The translations under genes were made by a program, and so were the position numbers. Under the pieces are notes generated by a model, which was not told the DNA's origin, did no database searches, and saw only the letters and a program-made list of their open reading frames with translations. From Lama guanicoe (lineage: Eukaryota), in NCBI GenBank assembly GCA_013239625.1, contig MU053468.1, positions 62,001-126,000 on the forward strand: DNA of 64,000 bases. Reading direction: 5' to 3'. This document shows, piece after piece, positions 1-13,406 of this stretch (its first letter is position 1; every line of letters begins with the position of its first letter).

Positions 1-1199
1 CCTGTTCCGCTCCAGACAAGAGGGTAGGGATGGACCAAGATGGCCGAGGTCTGGCCAAGGCCTGGCTCAACCCCTTCAGCCCCTGTCCACCCACCCAGTG
101 GCGGCTTGTCCAGTGCTCCCCCTTGAAGGGGAGAAGAGCATGCTGTGTGTGGATCTCCACGGCCCTCTAATTAACCACCAAACCTGGTCCTAGGGCTTAG
201 GGTCTCCCTCCACCCTCCTCCCACTGCCCCTCCATCCCCATCCCATCCTGCAGCCTGACAGCTTTCTCACTGTCCCCAGCACACCCTGAACTGTCTCTGA
301 CCTTTGGAACATCAGCTGGGATCGTCCTCTGTTCTAGCCTGGCAGTCTGAAGTGTGATTTAGAGCTGGGACTCTGGAGTCAGGTGCATCGGGGTTTAAAG
401 TCTGGCTCAGCCACACACTAGCTGCGCGATGTCACTCCTGTTCGCCTCTACCGTGTCCTCTGTGAGATGAAGATAATGTGAGAATCAAATGAGATAATCT
501 GTGTTTGTGTCCAGGGCACATCCCTGGGCCTTGCCTGTAATAAACTCTCCATAAATGGGTAACTGCAGTTATTATTAACAATAAGCATCATGCTTCATTC
601 ATCATTTTACAGTCTTGTACGATTTGTAATTTGTATTTTAGCATCCTTGATTTTAAGTATTATCACGGTAAACTCCTATGCATCCTTTAATGCCCAGCTT
701 TGTCATCACTGCCTCCATGAAGCCTCCCTTCACTGTCCTGGTAGGATTTGGCCCTCTTTGCTGTTTCCCTGGCATTTTAACTTTTTAAGCTGGGCAACCC
801 ACGGGCAGGATCTGCTCTCTGGCCAGACAAGGGGCAACTCCTACTCTGATTATTTCTGCGCACTCCCCATCTAACACAGACAGGCATAGACGGAACAATT
901 CTTCCTCCTGCCCTGAACACATGTGAGTCCTGATGAGACTGAAATCTCTTTCCTGCCCATATCTTGATCTGATCTCAGGCAGGTCCTGGGAGACAGAGCC
1001 AGCAGGAAAAATTCTTTTTCGAGATATGAGGAAATAATTTCCACCTTGACTAATCTAAACAAGGGCCCAGTGTTGACCAAGGCTGACCCAGTCCAGGCAG
1101 GGCGTGGCATGAAGCACCTTGTAAGCATTATCTCATCCAGTGTTCAGAGCAAGCAAGGAGCTGCTATTTTTATCTTCACTTTACAGATGAGGAAGTTGG

Positions 1200-1635
1200 C
1201 GCACGGGAGCTGGCTTAGACAGGCTCATGAGAACTGATTGTTAAATTTTCAGGAATTGTGTGAGCTTGTTGTTAAATACAACCACTGTTAAAAACTAAAT
1301 TATGTAAACTTACAATTAAACTACATATTAAAAACAAAGGTAACAAATACTCAAAATTCACCCCTCCCTAATGATTTTACTACGTTTTGCTATTATCTAG
1401 CGTTATTTATTTTCTCAGGGTTATTTATGCCCATTGTACCTGGATGGTAGAACTACATGTGCAGCGCTGTGTGACTGCATGTCTCTTCCCAACCCTGATT
1501 AGTGACATCATATTGGTAGCTTGAAATCAGGCCATCGTGGGAATGTTTGCACCATGAAAACGGGCAAACACTGCACATCAGGGGTCCTCCCTTTTTGGAA
1601 GACCAGTCGTTAAATGTTTATCAGCACAGCACTGA
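1200..1635 (+). mobile_element. hAT DNA-transposon relic (MER63-like) inserted in a MIR
   Basis: GATTGTTAAATTTTCAGGAATT near the 5' end and TAAATGTTTATCAGCACAGCACTG at the 3' end resemble MER63 termini from memory. MIR core sequence (ACAGATGAGGAA ... CCCAGGGTCACCCAGCT) resumes on both sides. Confidence 0.55.
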
Positions 1636-3390
1636 ATTGAGGAACAGAGAGGTTTGTGGTCTGCCCAGGGTCACCCAGCTGGGAAGGAACAGAGCTGAAT
1701 TCAAGCCCAGGCAGTATGTCTCTGGTGCCCAGATTCGGGCATCACTCGCTGATTCTGCCCGAGGCTCCAATCACACAGTTGGGATTAAAAGGTTCCCCCC
1801 GCACTCATACACCCACGTCCTGTTCATTTAGGTAAGAGACAGTCAGATTGTTCCAGCCCAGCCCGTTGCCCTCTTGTCCACTTCCTCCTTTCCTTCCTCA
1901 GCACCCTCGGTCTCTTCTAGTCCGGCCTGCCTCCTAGGGACTCACGTCTGTGAGGGAGCAGCCAGCTTGGTGGTCAGAGGCCGGCCAACTGGCCGCCGGG
2001 TCTGCCCACCGGGCCTTTGTCTGGCCATCTGCCCGACAGCTGTGGGACTGCCTTCTGGGAGGGGGAATCTGGGGCTGCCTCATGACATGGCCTAGTGCCT
2101 GCCCTGCCTTGCTGGCCTCTTCGTCCCCCACCTGGGACCTCCAAGGCCCCTCCCATCACTGGTAGCGCCGTCCCCACAGGGTCCTCTAAGACTGCTGCTC
2201 TCTTGTTCTGGAAGAACAAAACCAGGTCACAGCTCTCCTCTGTCAGCATCCTCTGGTGTTTTCCTTTCTCACCCATGGAAGCCACAGTCACCACAGTTGG
2301 CCACAAGGCCCTATCCTATCTGGCCTTTCCCCTGGGTCCCTCTGCTCCAGCCACTCTGGCCTCTTTGTTGTTCCTGAAACATGCTAAGTGCACTCCTGCT
2401 CCAGGGCCTTTGCACTTGCTATTCTCTACCCAATATTTGCAAGATTCGTCTCCTCCTGGTCTTTGCTGAAATGTCACCTTCTCAGACCTTTCTATTTAAA
2501 ACTGTAACATCTGTTGTCTTTCTCTCATGTGCACACATTTCCTATATCCTGTTTCTGTCCTTTTCCCCTCCTCAGCACTAGTCACCCCCTGATGTACCAT
2601 CTTTTTTATTTTATGGTCTGTTTCTCACTAGAATGGAATTTTTGTCTTTATTGAATGGATGAAAGGATGAATGAATAAATGAGTGAATGGGTGAATGAAC
2701 AAATGAATGACAATGTTTCAAAATGTCAGGGAAGCCTCTGCAGTCGGCTGGGAGTGAGGGTGGCTGTATTACCTGGCAGGTAGGAGACCTGGGGTTCCAG
2801 GTCCAGTTCTGCGTCAATCTGCGGTATGACCTTGGATAGGCCTCTTTCCCTCTCTGAACCTCTTCTTCAAGTATAATGAGGAAAGCAGTGTGGCCAAGTA
2901 TAAGGAACACTGGCTCTGGAGTCAGACAGACAGAGTGTCCAATCCCCACTGGGGCATTTACCACCTGTGGGGCCTTGGGCAAGTCATTCTCTTCTCTTAG
3001 TGTCTCCCCATCTGTGAGGTGGGACAGGGGTCGGAAGGATACACAAAATGCTGTGTGTTGAGCCCCCGGCAAAGCTCCTGACACCTAAAAAGTGTTCAAT
3101 AAACAAATATTTACTCTTTTAAAAAGTACCCAAAGGGCTCACCTGCAGCTGGACACCAAAGATGATGGAGGCGTGGGGTCACCCTAACCCAGAGGGCCTG
3201 TCCCGCCTCCCTTGGGCCCAGGCCCGGCCGAGGTTGCCCCTCTTGGCGGGACTGAGGGCTGCTTCCTGAGCCCCTGGCCCAGGCCCAGCCTCGTCTCACG
3301 GGCCCTTGGCCTCAAGCTGGGGCGATCCGGGCTGGTGGGCTCAGCCGCGGGCCCCTGCCCCACCCCTGCAGCTCTCCTCTCCCTGCACAG

Positions 3391-6032
3391 TGTTCATCTG
3401 CAGCTTCATGGTGGCTGCCCCCATCTTTGGCTACCTGGGCGACCGCTTCAACAGGAAGGTCATCCTCAGCTGCGGGATTTTCTTCTGGTCGGCGGTCACA
3501 TTCTCCAGCTCCTTCATCCCTCAGCAGGTGAGGCCTGCCCGGGCTTCCCACCCGGCACCACTGCGTGTCCCGTCCGTGTGTCCTGGTTCCTCCAGCGGGT
3601 GGCTAGTCTGATTGACTTGTACTAGTCTAGACTGGGGTTCCAGACCCTTTGTTCAAATCCCACACAGTGTCTTCCAAGTGCAGTGGGATAAGGGAGTCTT
3701 TGGGTACCTCTATACACTGGTCCTACATGTGGGGCCTTTCTTGTGCTGGCCTTGAACTGAGGGACTCACAGCCCCTTGTGGCATCCTGACTCTCTCTGAG
3801 CTGCCTCTGATTTGGGAAGATGCAAGAAACAGGGCGAGCAAGGCTGGCCAAGGAGTCAGGACCCTTGGTTCTAGACCTGGCTGTGCCATCATCTTGCTGT
3901 GTGACCCTAGGTAAGTCACTACCCTTCTCTGGGCCTTTGCTGTTTGTCCGAAGACCAGCCAACTCCCTGGGTCAAAGTCATAGGGAGGTAAACATCAGTT
4001 CAACATAAGGAAGATGTTTCTTGCTTGGCTCCCACAGTTCTGGGTTTGAATATCCCAGTTCTGTTGCCCACTCAGCTTTGTGATCTGGAGAGACTTCCTT
4101 AACTTTTCTGAGTCTCAGTTTCCGCATCTTGAATATGGGTATAATACATCTCAGCTTGAAGGTTTGTTTTGAGAAATAACTGAACTAATGAATGTTCAGA
4201 CCCTGACACATGGCAGGTGTTCAACAAATCATTATTTCTGCTCTTTCTTCCAAAGAGGAGGTATGTTGCTTTGAGAGGTAGTGAGTGTCCCATCAGTAGG
4301 GATGTTCAAACAGAGCAAGGACAATCACATGATGGCTACTGTAGAGGGACATAGAGGAAGAAGGGGAGGAGACCAGGATCTATCCTCAGGGAGCTTTCAG
4401 CCTAGTGGACAGAGGAGGAGACCCTGGCCCCATCCTTGGGAGCACCCAGGCTAGGGGTGGGAAGATGTGACAGGAGCTCCCATGCTCAGAGCCTTCAAGA
4501 TGTGCGAAGTGCTGAAAGTCGTCACTGAAGAGAGAGCAGGCTCTTGACATCCATGTGGTCAGGGAAGACTTCCTGGAGGAGGTGGCATTTGAGCTGGGCA
4601 GGCAAGTCAGGGAGATTAGGCCTTTCGGTGAAGATAGCACAGGCAGAGGGAGCCATCCCAGGGATGCAGAAATGATGGAGTGTGTTGATAGTTGGAGGAG
4701 GAGAGGGCTTTGGTTGGAAAGGAAGGCAGGACAAGATCAGGAGGAACCTTGAAGGCCGGGTTGGAAGGCCTGAGCTTCCTCCTGAGGGAAGAGATGGACC
4801 CTGGAAGAGTCTGAAGTAGGGCAGTGGTGAGTCAGATTTACACTGAATCCAGTGGAGGCTGGAGGTGAGGGCAGAGAGAATTGGTAGGTTTAGGGGATAC
4901 AACTTTGCTTCACAGGGCAGCTTCACAGAGGAGGGTCAGGCCTGGTTAACTCCAGACCTGGAGTGTCAGGTAGAGCCTGACGGCCAGTCAAAAATGGGGA
5001 CGGGACCAGAAGAAGCTTCTAGGACCCCTCAGGGCCTTGTCCTTCCTGGGCCAGGGCCCTGATCGTCTGGCCTCCAGGGCTGTTTCTGGGCTTGACCCCA
5101 GGACCACGATGTCAAGGCTGGGCCCCGCTCTGGGTGTGTGGAAGGGAGGGGGAGCTGGGGAGAGATGAGCAGAGGCAGACAGAGGAATAGACAGCTCACC
5201 CCCAATTAATCTAGAAATTCATTGCAATCACGATCCAAGTCCCACGGGGGTTTTTGGTGGACATTGGCAATGTGATTCTGAAGTTAATTTGGCAGAGAAA
5301 GTGCCCAGGAATAGCCAAGAACATTGTGAAAAATAACAATGAAAGGGCCTTGCCTTATCAGTTATCACAATACAGCTATTCTAACTAAAACAGCAGAAGA
5401 ATAAACTCAGAGATCAAGGCAACAGTGTCCTCCTCTCTGGGAAGTGAGTGGGATGAAAGTTGCATCTCAAATAAATGGTTTTGAGAGAATGGATACATCT
5501 GGGTGGATGATAAAGTCTGGGCTGTATTTCAAACCATACTTCAAAATCAGTCCCAGACAGGTGAGAGTAAAGTGAAAAAAAAAAAAAGCAAACTATAAAA
5601 ATCTAGAATGATAAATCAGCAAGAAAAAGACAAATAAGCCAGTAGAAAGACGGGCAAAGGGTAGTGATGGGCAATCCCAGGGGAAGATCCCCAAATGGGC
5701 AGTAGATGTAGAAAGAGATGGTTCCTGGCTTCTCAAATAATCAGGGCACTGCAAATTAAAACCACAATGAGGTACCATTTCACACCCATCAGATTGGCAG
5801 CAATTAAAAAGGCTGACAATACCAAGTGTTATTAAAGCTGCTGGTGGGAGTGTAAATTGGGAGAGCCTCTTTGAAGAGTAAAATGGCAGGATTTTGTAAA
5901 ATTCTGTGTGCATCCCACAGCCCAGTCTTCTACTTCGAGGTGTACGCCCTGTGTAGAAACTCCCAACTCGTGGACCCGAAGTGACAGGTGCATCTTAAGG
6001 ATGCTTGTTGCAGTTTTGTAATAGAAAAAAAA

Positions 6033-6063
<31 letters not shown>

Positions 6064-9000
6064 ATCTAAATGACCATGACTGGGGGATGCCCAGATAGAA
6101 TGGGGTGTATTCATACTGTGAGATTCTTGGCAGCAAATGAATGAACTAGATCTAGAATTAACCAACACAAATGGCTTTCCAGAGGCTGAGGGGAAAAAAA
6201 AGCAAGTTGTGGGACAAGATGTGTGCATGGTCTTTTGATGTTTACTTTTTAAAAGCACACAGGGGACCCTAAATGTTGCTCCTTGGTATGTGTATGTGCA
6301 AGCAAAGGTAGAGAGAATCAAAAACCACCGCACAGTATAGCCGGTTCCTGGGGGAGGGGGCGGGGAATCAATGAGATCTCTTGTCCAAGAGGTCTTATCT
6401 GCCTGCCCTTATACTGAGGCGAATGAGGAAGTTGCCCTCATTCTCTTTCTCAAATATAACAAGTATAAAAGATAAGAGAATTTTTTTTATTATTCTGGTA
6501 TGGGCTAGCCCTTCCTGAGCAAGACATGAAATCCTTTAAGGGAAGCCATTAAAGGAAAAATCAACAGATTGGACAGCATCAAATCAAACAACACAAAATA
6601 AAGCTTCTGTATGGTGAAACCTCCTGTAAACAAAGTGGAAAAGAAAGATAACCTAAAATATTTATAACCTATCTTAAAGGTTAATACCCATGATCTATAA
6701 AATAGTATATAGTAGAAACACATACAAGAAAGATAACCCAACAGAAAAATAGGCAAAGGCTGTGGGCAGATGATTCTCAGGGAGAGAAGCAGAGGCAAGG
6801 AGCCAGGGGAAGGCTCGGAGATGGAGAGTGAGAGTGAATGGACTATGGAAATGAGAGGCTCAGAGATGGATGGGCAGGACCAGTGATGCAGAGAGAGGAC
6901 CAGGAAAGATATGGGCAGATGGAGAGAGGGCAGCAGGGAGACCCGGAGGATGGCTGGACGTGGGTGAAGCTGGCCGGATGGGTGGTCCGGGTGGGGCTGG
7001 GGAAAGATGACCCATGTTGGTTCTCAGGCCCGGGGCAGCTGGGGGGATGGAGGGGCTGGGTCCACATCAAAGGGCTAGTACCACTGGCAGCTGGCATGGC
7101 CCCACCCTTCCCAGCTCAGCTGCGCTTTGCTCTTTGATGTGTGTATGGGGGAGGGGCACTGAGCTCACTGGGCTGCCCTGCCCACTCCCCATTTACACTG
7201 GGTTTTCAATGCTGCCAGGGTCAGCCCAGCTTCTCTGCCAGGGGGTGGGACACAGAGTTGGGGTGGCTTGAGGCTCCCAAGGTGGGGTCAGAATCCAGAG
7301 AGGAGGTCTCTCAATTGGTGGGGGTGGCAGTGGAGACGCAGGCTTATGTCTTGTGGAGACGCATGCTTGTGGGGATAGAGGGGTCCTGTCTAGGCCATGC
7401 CTACAACTCTCCACTTGAGAAAGTCCAGCTTCACCCCAGCATGAGCCAGCAGGCCCACTACACAGAGTGGGAAACCAGGCTTGGAGTGGCCTGAGGGTCT
7501 AGGGGTTGGACTCCATCCTCTATCCTGGCTCCTAGACCCTGCAGGGGATGGGGAGCAAAATGGGGACCAAAGATGAGCAGGCAGAGGAGCAGGACAGTCC
7601 TCCAACATTCTCCACCCCTCCCCCACAGCACTTCTGGCTGCTGGTCCTGTCTCGCGGGCTGGTGGGCATCGGCGAGGCCAGCTACTCCACCATCGCACCC
7701 ACCATCATCGGCGACCTCTTCACCAAGAACACCCGCACACTAATGCTGTCTGTCTTCTACTTCGCCATCCCACTGGGCAGGTGAGGATCTGGGCAATGTC
7801 CCCTTGGATTTCTGACTACTCCCTCTCCCTGAGGTTTGGCCCCCTGTGACTTGAGAAACGCCTGGACCAGTTCCCTGGCTGGCTGGGTGGCAGGGGCAGG
7901 CGGCCTCTTAGACCAGAGAGCATCCTCTGTGCCACCGCACACCCCACCCATCCCTGCCTGACTGAGCCCATCTTCTCTGCAGCGGCCTGGGCTACATCAC
8001 CGGCTCCAGTGTGAAGCAGGCGGCTGGAGACTGGCACTGGGCCTTGCGGGTAAGGACATTCCCGGACCAGCTCTTGCCTAGGGTCACCCTGAGATTCAGG
8101 GACAGAGCCCAGTCTGGGACGCAGGCCTTGGACTCCAGGCTTCATACCTGGGTCTTCTAGATTTGTCCACATTGAGGTGTCAGGGAGCCAGACTCAGCCC
8201 TGCCATCCTCAGGGGCCCCCAGTCTGAGAGGACGAAGGACTCCCCCACCATGTCAGGAAATTCCAGGTCCACGATGGCACTTCCTGCTTTGAGCCCCGGC
8301 ACCGCGCTAGGGTGGGGCTGAGACAAGGCTTCTGTGTGGGAGCCCCCGGGGTCTGGAGCCACTTCCTGTCCTGCAGGAGGATTCGACAAAAGTCAGCCAA
8401 GGCCTCAGGACAGGGGGGAAATCAGAGGAAACAGAGATCCCCAGTCTCGCATAGGAGAGGAAGCTTGAGACAAAGTGTTTTTTCCTCAAAAGCAGGAAGG
8501 AAGCAGCCTCCGTGGAATTTCTTGATTGAGGGTGGGAGGGGGCAAAAGGAGAGGAACTCCCCAGCCCATGGGCTCCAGGCCTGGTGGGGTTGGGGACTGA
8601 TTTCCCTGTTCTCGTGAGCTGGTGGAGGAGCTGGTATATTGGAATCCAGGCTGTCAAGATGAGCCCCTTCCATTTGGAAGGAGGCCTGGGGCCTGGGAGA
8701 TTCTGTTCTTGGGCTGGATGCAAGGAGGACCCAAAGGGGCCCCTGAGCCTCTGATCTCCTGGGGCTCACATGGGCCCCTTGCAAATGATAACCTACCTGA
8801 TGTATGAGCTGGGAGCTTCATGCCCAGCCAGTCCCTTCCCAGCACCCCCCAGGACAAGGAGCTGGCCTGGGAAACTTTCCTAGACCCAAAGAGGTGGGCA
8901 GGAGATGGCATCTGGTTCCTTGCCCCCAGGAACTCTCCTCTCCCAGTTACCATTCTATATATCTGCCTATATACCTGCTTTCCTTTTGTTCCATCCATTA

Positions 9001-12000
9001 TCTATCCATCCATCTCTCTGTCCATCTATCCAGCCATCTGTCCTCCCTCCTCTATCCATCTGACCATCCCTCCCTCCCTTCTACTTTCAGTCTCCCCTCC
9101 CATCTGCCCCTGGTCTGGAGAGCCCATTTGGAGCCCCCAAGCCCTTTGTGCTGACCTTACCCACAGTGGCTCTGCCCAGTCAGGAAGGCTGGGGGGATTC
9201 TAGCCCAGAGGAGAAACCCGGGGCCCAGGGAAGGCGCGGCTGGCCTGCACCGCGCCATTCTGCTGCAGCAGAAACAGACATCTGGGCCCTGGTGTTCTAA
9301 CCTGGTGCCCCCTGCCCTGCCAGGTGTCCCCCATCCTGGGCATGATCACAGGAACACTCATCCTCTTTCTGGTCCCGGCCACTAAGAGAGGCCATGCTGA
9401 CCAGCTCGGTGGGCAGCTCAAGGCACGGACATCGTGGCTCCGAGACATGAAGGCTCTGATCCGAAAGTGAGTGGTGCTGGGAGGGGTCTGGTGGGAGGAG
9501 GGAGGGGTGCCGAGATGAGGACCCCTGTTCGCAGGGCAGCCCACCCAGAGCTCTTGGCCAGACTTCCTCCTCTGTCTCCACTGCCCACAGGGCTGAGAGG
9601 GACATTTTGGTTACTAGTGTTTATTATTCCTGAAGCTGGAGTCCTCACTACTGGGGCTGGCAGGAAAGGCATCTGAGGCCTTCCGTTCCTTATGGGGAAG
9701 GTGTGAGGGAGAAAAGCCTGCCTCCCGGGCCCCGACGCCTGGGCCCGAGTCTGCCAGCTGCAGGGGTGCTGGTCCCCGCTCAGTGTCGCTGCCCCGGCCT
9801 CTCCCCAGCCGCAGCTACGTCTTCTCCTCCCTGGCCACGTCGGCTGTGTCCTTCGCCACAGGGGCCCTGGGCATGTGGATCCCGCTCTACCTGCACCGCG
9901 CCCAAGTCGTGCAGAAGACGGCAGAGACGTGCAGCAACCCGCCCTGTGGGGCCAGGGACAGGTGGGGCCGGCGGCGGGGGCAGGGATGGCGGGGTGGTGA
10001 GGGCTGCTGCCAGCCCCTCTACCCCAGCCCTGCCCCTCTCACCCCGGCCCCACTGCCCTCTGTCCACACAGCCTCATCTTTGGCGCCATCACCTGCTTTA
10101 CGGGTTTTCTCGGTGTGGTCACTGGGGCAGGAGCCACGCGCTGGTGCCGCCTGAGGACCCAGCGGGCCGACCCACTGGTGTGTGCGGTGGGCATGCTGGG
10201 CTCTGCCATCTTCATCTGCCTCATCTTCGTGGCTGCCAAGAGCAGCATCGTGGGGGCCTATGTGAGTGCAGTAGGGGTGCCAGGGTGTTGGGGGGAGCTG
10301 GGTCCTGGGAAAGGAAATGCAGTCCGACTCGTAGAGGCCCTTCCTCCCTGCCCACGGGGAGGCTCCAGCCCTCTGCCTGCCCCTGCTCTGTCCAGGGCCT
10401 GCCCAGAGCTCTGGGTGTCCTTCACAGCTGTGGACCTGACCTGAAGCCTGTAGATAATCCACAAATTCCTTGTCAGCCTGACTGCCAGGAGGAGTGGGAG
10501 GTTTTGAGGGGCTCCCTGCCAGCAGCTGGGGTGCAGGGGGCAGTCTGGGGTCGATGTTGGGTGGAGCGCCCCCTGATGGTCGCTCTGCTCTCTCCCGGGC
10601 AGATCTGCATCTTTGTTGGGGAGACGCTGCTGTTTTCTAACTGGGCCATCACTGCGGACATCCTCATGGTGAGGCAGGCCAAGGTTGCCTCATGCTGACG
10701 GGGCCGGGGCGGGTGAAGAGGGGGCAGAGCCGGCAGGGCTTGTCGGGGGTGCGTGGGAACGAAGGCGTACTGGGAACGTGAGCGTGGAGGCGGAGGAGGG
10801 GATCGGAGATTTGGGGTCTGCATCGGGGCAGGGCCTCGCATCAGAGGATTGAGTAGGCAGAAGGGAAGGACATGGGGATTGTGGGTGGGGAGGGGGATGT
10901 CTGGAGGCTCAGGTTTGTGGCTGGGAGGCTGGCAGTGCCAGGCTGGCACCGAGGTGGTGCTGCCTGCCAGCGCTCCTCCCCCAGGGCCTTAGCTTCCATG
11001 GACTCTGCCCTCCCAGCTCAGCCTGGGTCCCAGGCGCGCCTGCTGGAGTGCCTGCGGCTGGGCCGGGCAGACAGAGGCCGTCTTCACAGGGCCAACAATG
11101 GGCTCCAGACCAGCCGGCCGGGGACAAAGGGCCGTCTGAGTGGTGGCAGGGGCTTGGGTCCTTGGGCGGGGACGGGTGCAGCCCAGGAGGAACCAGGAGG
11201 GGGTTGTGGCCCTGCTAACTGGCAGGAGTCTGGAGGGGGTGGCAATCAGGGGTGACATCTGGTCTTGTCCTCAGGGATCCTCCAAGTCAAGGCCAGGAGA
11301 GGACTGGGAGAAGGGGAGTGCAGGGGACCAGCAGTGGGGAGGGTATCTTGGAGGTGCCAGGGTGGGCCCTGGGGGCAGGGGGAGGAAGTACTCATGGGTC
11401 GACCTTCAGGGTGCTTGGGGTTTGGTGCCACAGTGTGGGTCAGCCTGCAGATCAGAGTCTGCCTGGGCATCTGCCTGGGCATCGGGTCTCTGCTAGCTCC
11501 CCTCCTCCAGGAAGCCTGCCTTGCCCCACCCCAGCTCCCCTGCGTATCTGCTTCATCTGGAGGTGTTCCTCTCTCCCCACTAGTCCAAGGCTGGGAGGTG
11601 GTGGTGGGGGAGGACTGACTCAAATCTGTGCCCCAACATGGAGCCAGACGGGGTGGCAGGGGTGGGGTGGGGGTCCCTGCACACGCTGGATGAAGGGAGT
11701 GTGTCTGAATCAAGTGTCCTTGGCAGCGGGCAGGACCTCCTCTTCTGTCTCCACCCCTAGGGGCAGCCCCAGCTGCTGACAGGGTTTGGGTCCCAGGGAA
11801 ATTGTGTCCCATTTTATTATTAAGTGTCACAGCCAAGTGACTAATTATTCCTGGAAATGGGGCCATGAAATCCAGGTCTCCCCTCCCCCCGAGTAGTGGG
11901 GTGCTGGGTGGGCACTGGCTGCTTGCACAGACTGTCCACAGGGGTCGGGGCTCTGACTAGATAAGGCAGCTGGAGCTAGGGGCAGGGGGCTGCCCAGGGC

Positions 12001-13406
12001 ACCCACTGAGGTGGCTCCTCTGCCACCAATGCCTCTCGTGTGACCTTGGCCCGCCCAGCTTTGGAGCTACAGACCCTGTGGGTCAGGGTCTGCTTGGTCT
12101 GGTGGGGTTTTGGGGGCCCGTGGCTCCGGCAATCAGTGCTCGGGGTAAAAGTGGAGGCTCTCCCAGGCAGGGTCCTGCTTGACCACTGTCGGCCACCCCA
12201 GTCAGCCTAGGCTTTGGCAGGTCCTCGTGGAGGGGGAACCAAGGTGGGTCTTCAGTGTGTGGGGAGGCGGGGGCAGGACTGAGGCCAGGGTTCTGGTCCC
12301 AGGGCTGCCTGGCCCCGCGTGTGAGCTTTGGGCTTCCACGTGTGATCTGTGTGCCTCCGGGCCTTGGTTTCTCTGTGACCTCTGCACTTGGCTCTCTGTC
12401 AAGGGCAGCCTGGTCTCAGGAGCTGGAGGAGAGGGGAGGGCCCAGGAGAGAGGGGTCAAGGCACCAGGCAGAGTGAGTTGAGGCTGTGGGAGGTTCTGAA
12501 GTGTGACCTCTGGGATGGGGCGAGGTGGGTGCGCCTGGCTCTCCTGGCCTCTGACCTGCCGCTTCCTGCACAGTGTGTGGTCATCCCCACAAGACGGGCC
12601 ACTGCTGTGGCCCTGCAGAGCTTCACCTCCCACCTGCTGGGGGACGCCGGAAGCCCCTACCTCATCGGCTTTGTGAGTAGTGGGGGCGGGAGGGACCAGG
12701 CTGGGAGCCGGGCTTGGGGAGGTGGCCCTGCCCTGACGCCCAGCATCCCGCAGATCTCCGACCTGATCCGCCAGAGCACCAAGGACTCCCCGCTCTGGGA
12801 GTTCCTGAGCCTGGGCTACGCCCTCATGCTCTGCCCCTTCGTCGTGGTCCTGGGTGGCATGTTCTTCCTCGCCACCGCACTCTTCTTCCTCAGCGACCGC
12901 GCCCAGGCTGAGCAGCAGTGAGTGGGGCTGGGGGTGGGCCTGCTGCCTCGGCTGTGACAGCCCCAACTCGGGTGAGGCGGGTGGGTCACCTGGCTGATGG
13001 GGTCCTCAGCCCCTGAGCCTTCCAGCCTCGTGATGCTGCCTCCGGCTCACAGGTGGGGAGCCCGTGATGACCTGGGGTTCTCCTGGTGGTTCTATACTTG
13101 AGCTTTTCTCTGGAATTAAGAGTTTTCAGAGCTGGGACCCCACCTTTGCTTTTTCCTCTTGTTTTCTGACTTCTTTCTCCTCTCCTCTTTACTCCTCTCT
13201 CTCCTCTCCCCACCCCTGGGCTCTCCCACCTCCCTCTGGGGCTGACGAGGTCCCTGCCCAGCACGTCCGGTCCACCGGCCCCCGTGATGCGATGTGCCAG
13301 AGCAGTGCCCAGGCCCGGCCCCCGCTGATCCGCCACCTTGACCCCCGCCCGTCTCTCCCCCAGGGTGAACCAGCTGGTGATGCCGCCAGCATCTGTGAAA
13401 GTCTGA
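3391..13406 (+). CDS. SPNS2: Spinster homolog 2, MFS sphingosine-1-phosphate exporter; 5'-partial (exons 1-2 lie upstream of the window)
   Basis: Coding exons with GT-AG boundaries and a continuous frame: 3391-3527, 7629-7780, 7983-8049, 9324-9466, 9809-9961, 10072-10261, 10603-10668, 12574-12672, 12754-12917, 13364-13406 (TGA 13404-13406). Peptides [64 protein letters not shown] and the C-terminus [13 protein letters not shown] match SPNS2 as recalled. Confidence 0.97.
5190..6790 (+). mobile_element. Degenerate old L1 fragments (ORF2 end / 3' region)
   Basis: L1-typical strings CAAATTAAAACCACAATGAGGTACCATTTCACACCCATCAGATTGGC and GACAATACCAAGTGTT; A-rich strand bias. Confidence 0.7.
6033..6063. 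repeat. (GA)n microsatellite
   Basis: Direct inspection. Confidence 0.9.

Noticed and set aside
9703..10698. 331-aa + strand ORF
   Set aside because: It crosses SPNS2 exons 7-9 and their introns mostly out of frame; a GC-rich stop-poor region, not an independent gene.
12202..12966. 254-aa - strand ORF
   Set aside because: Antisense shadow of SPNS2 exons 10-11 with no recognisable domain.
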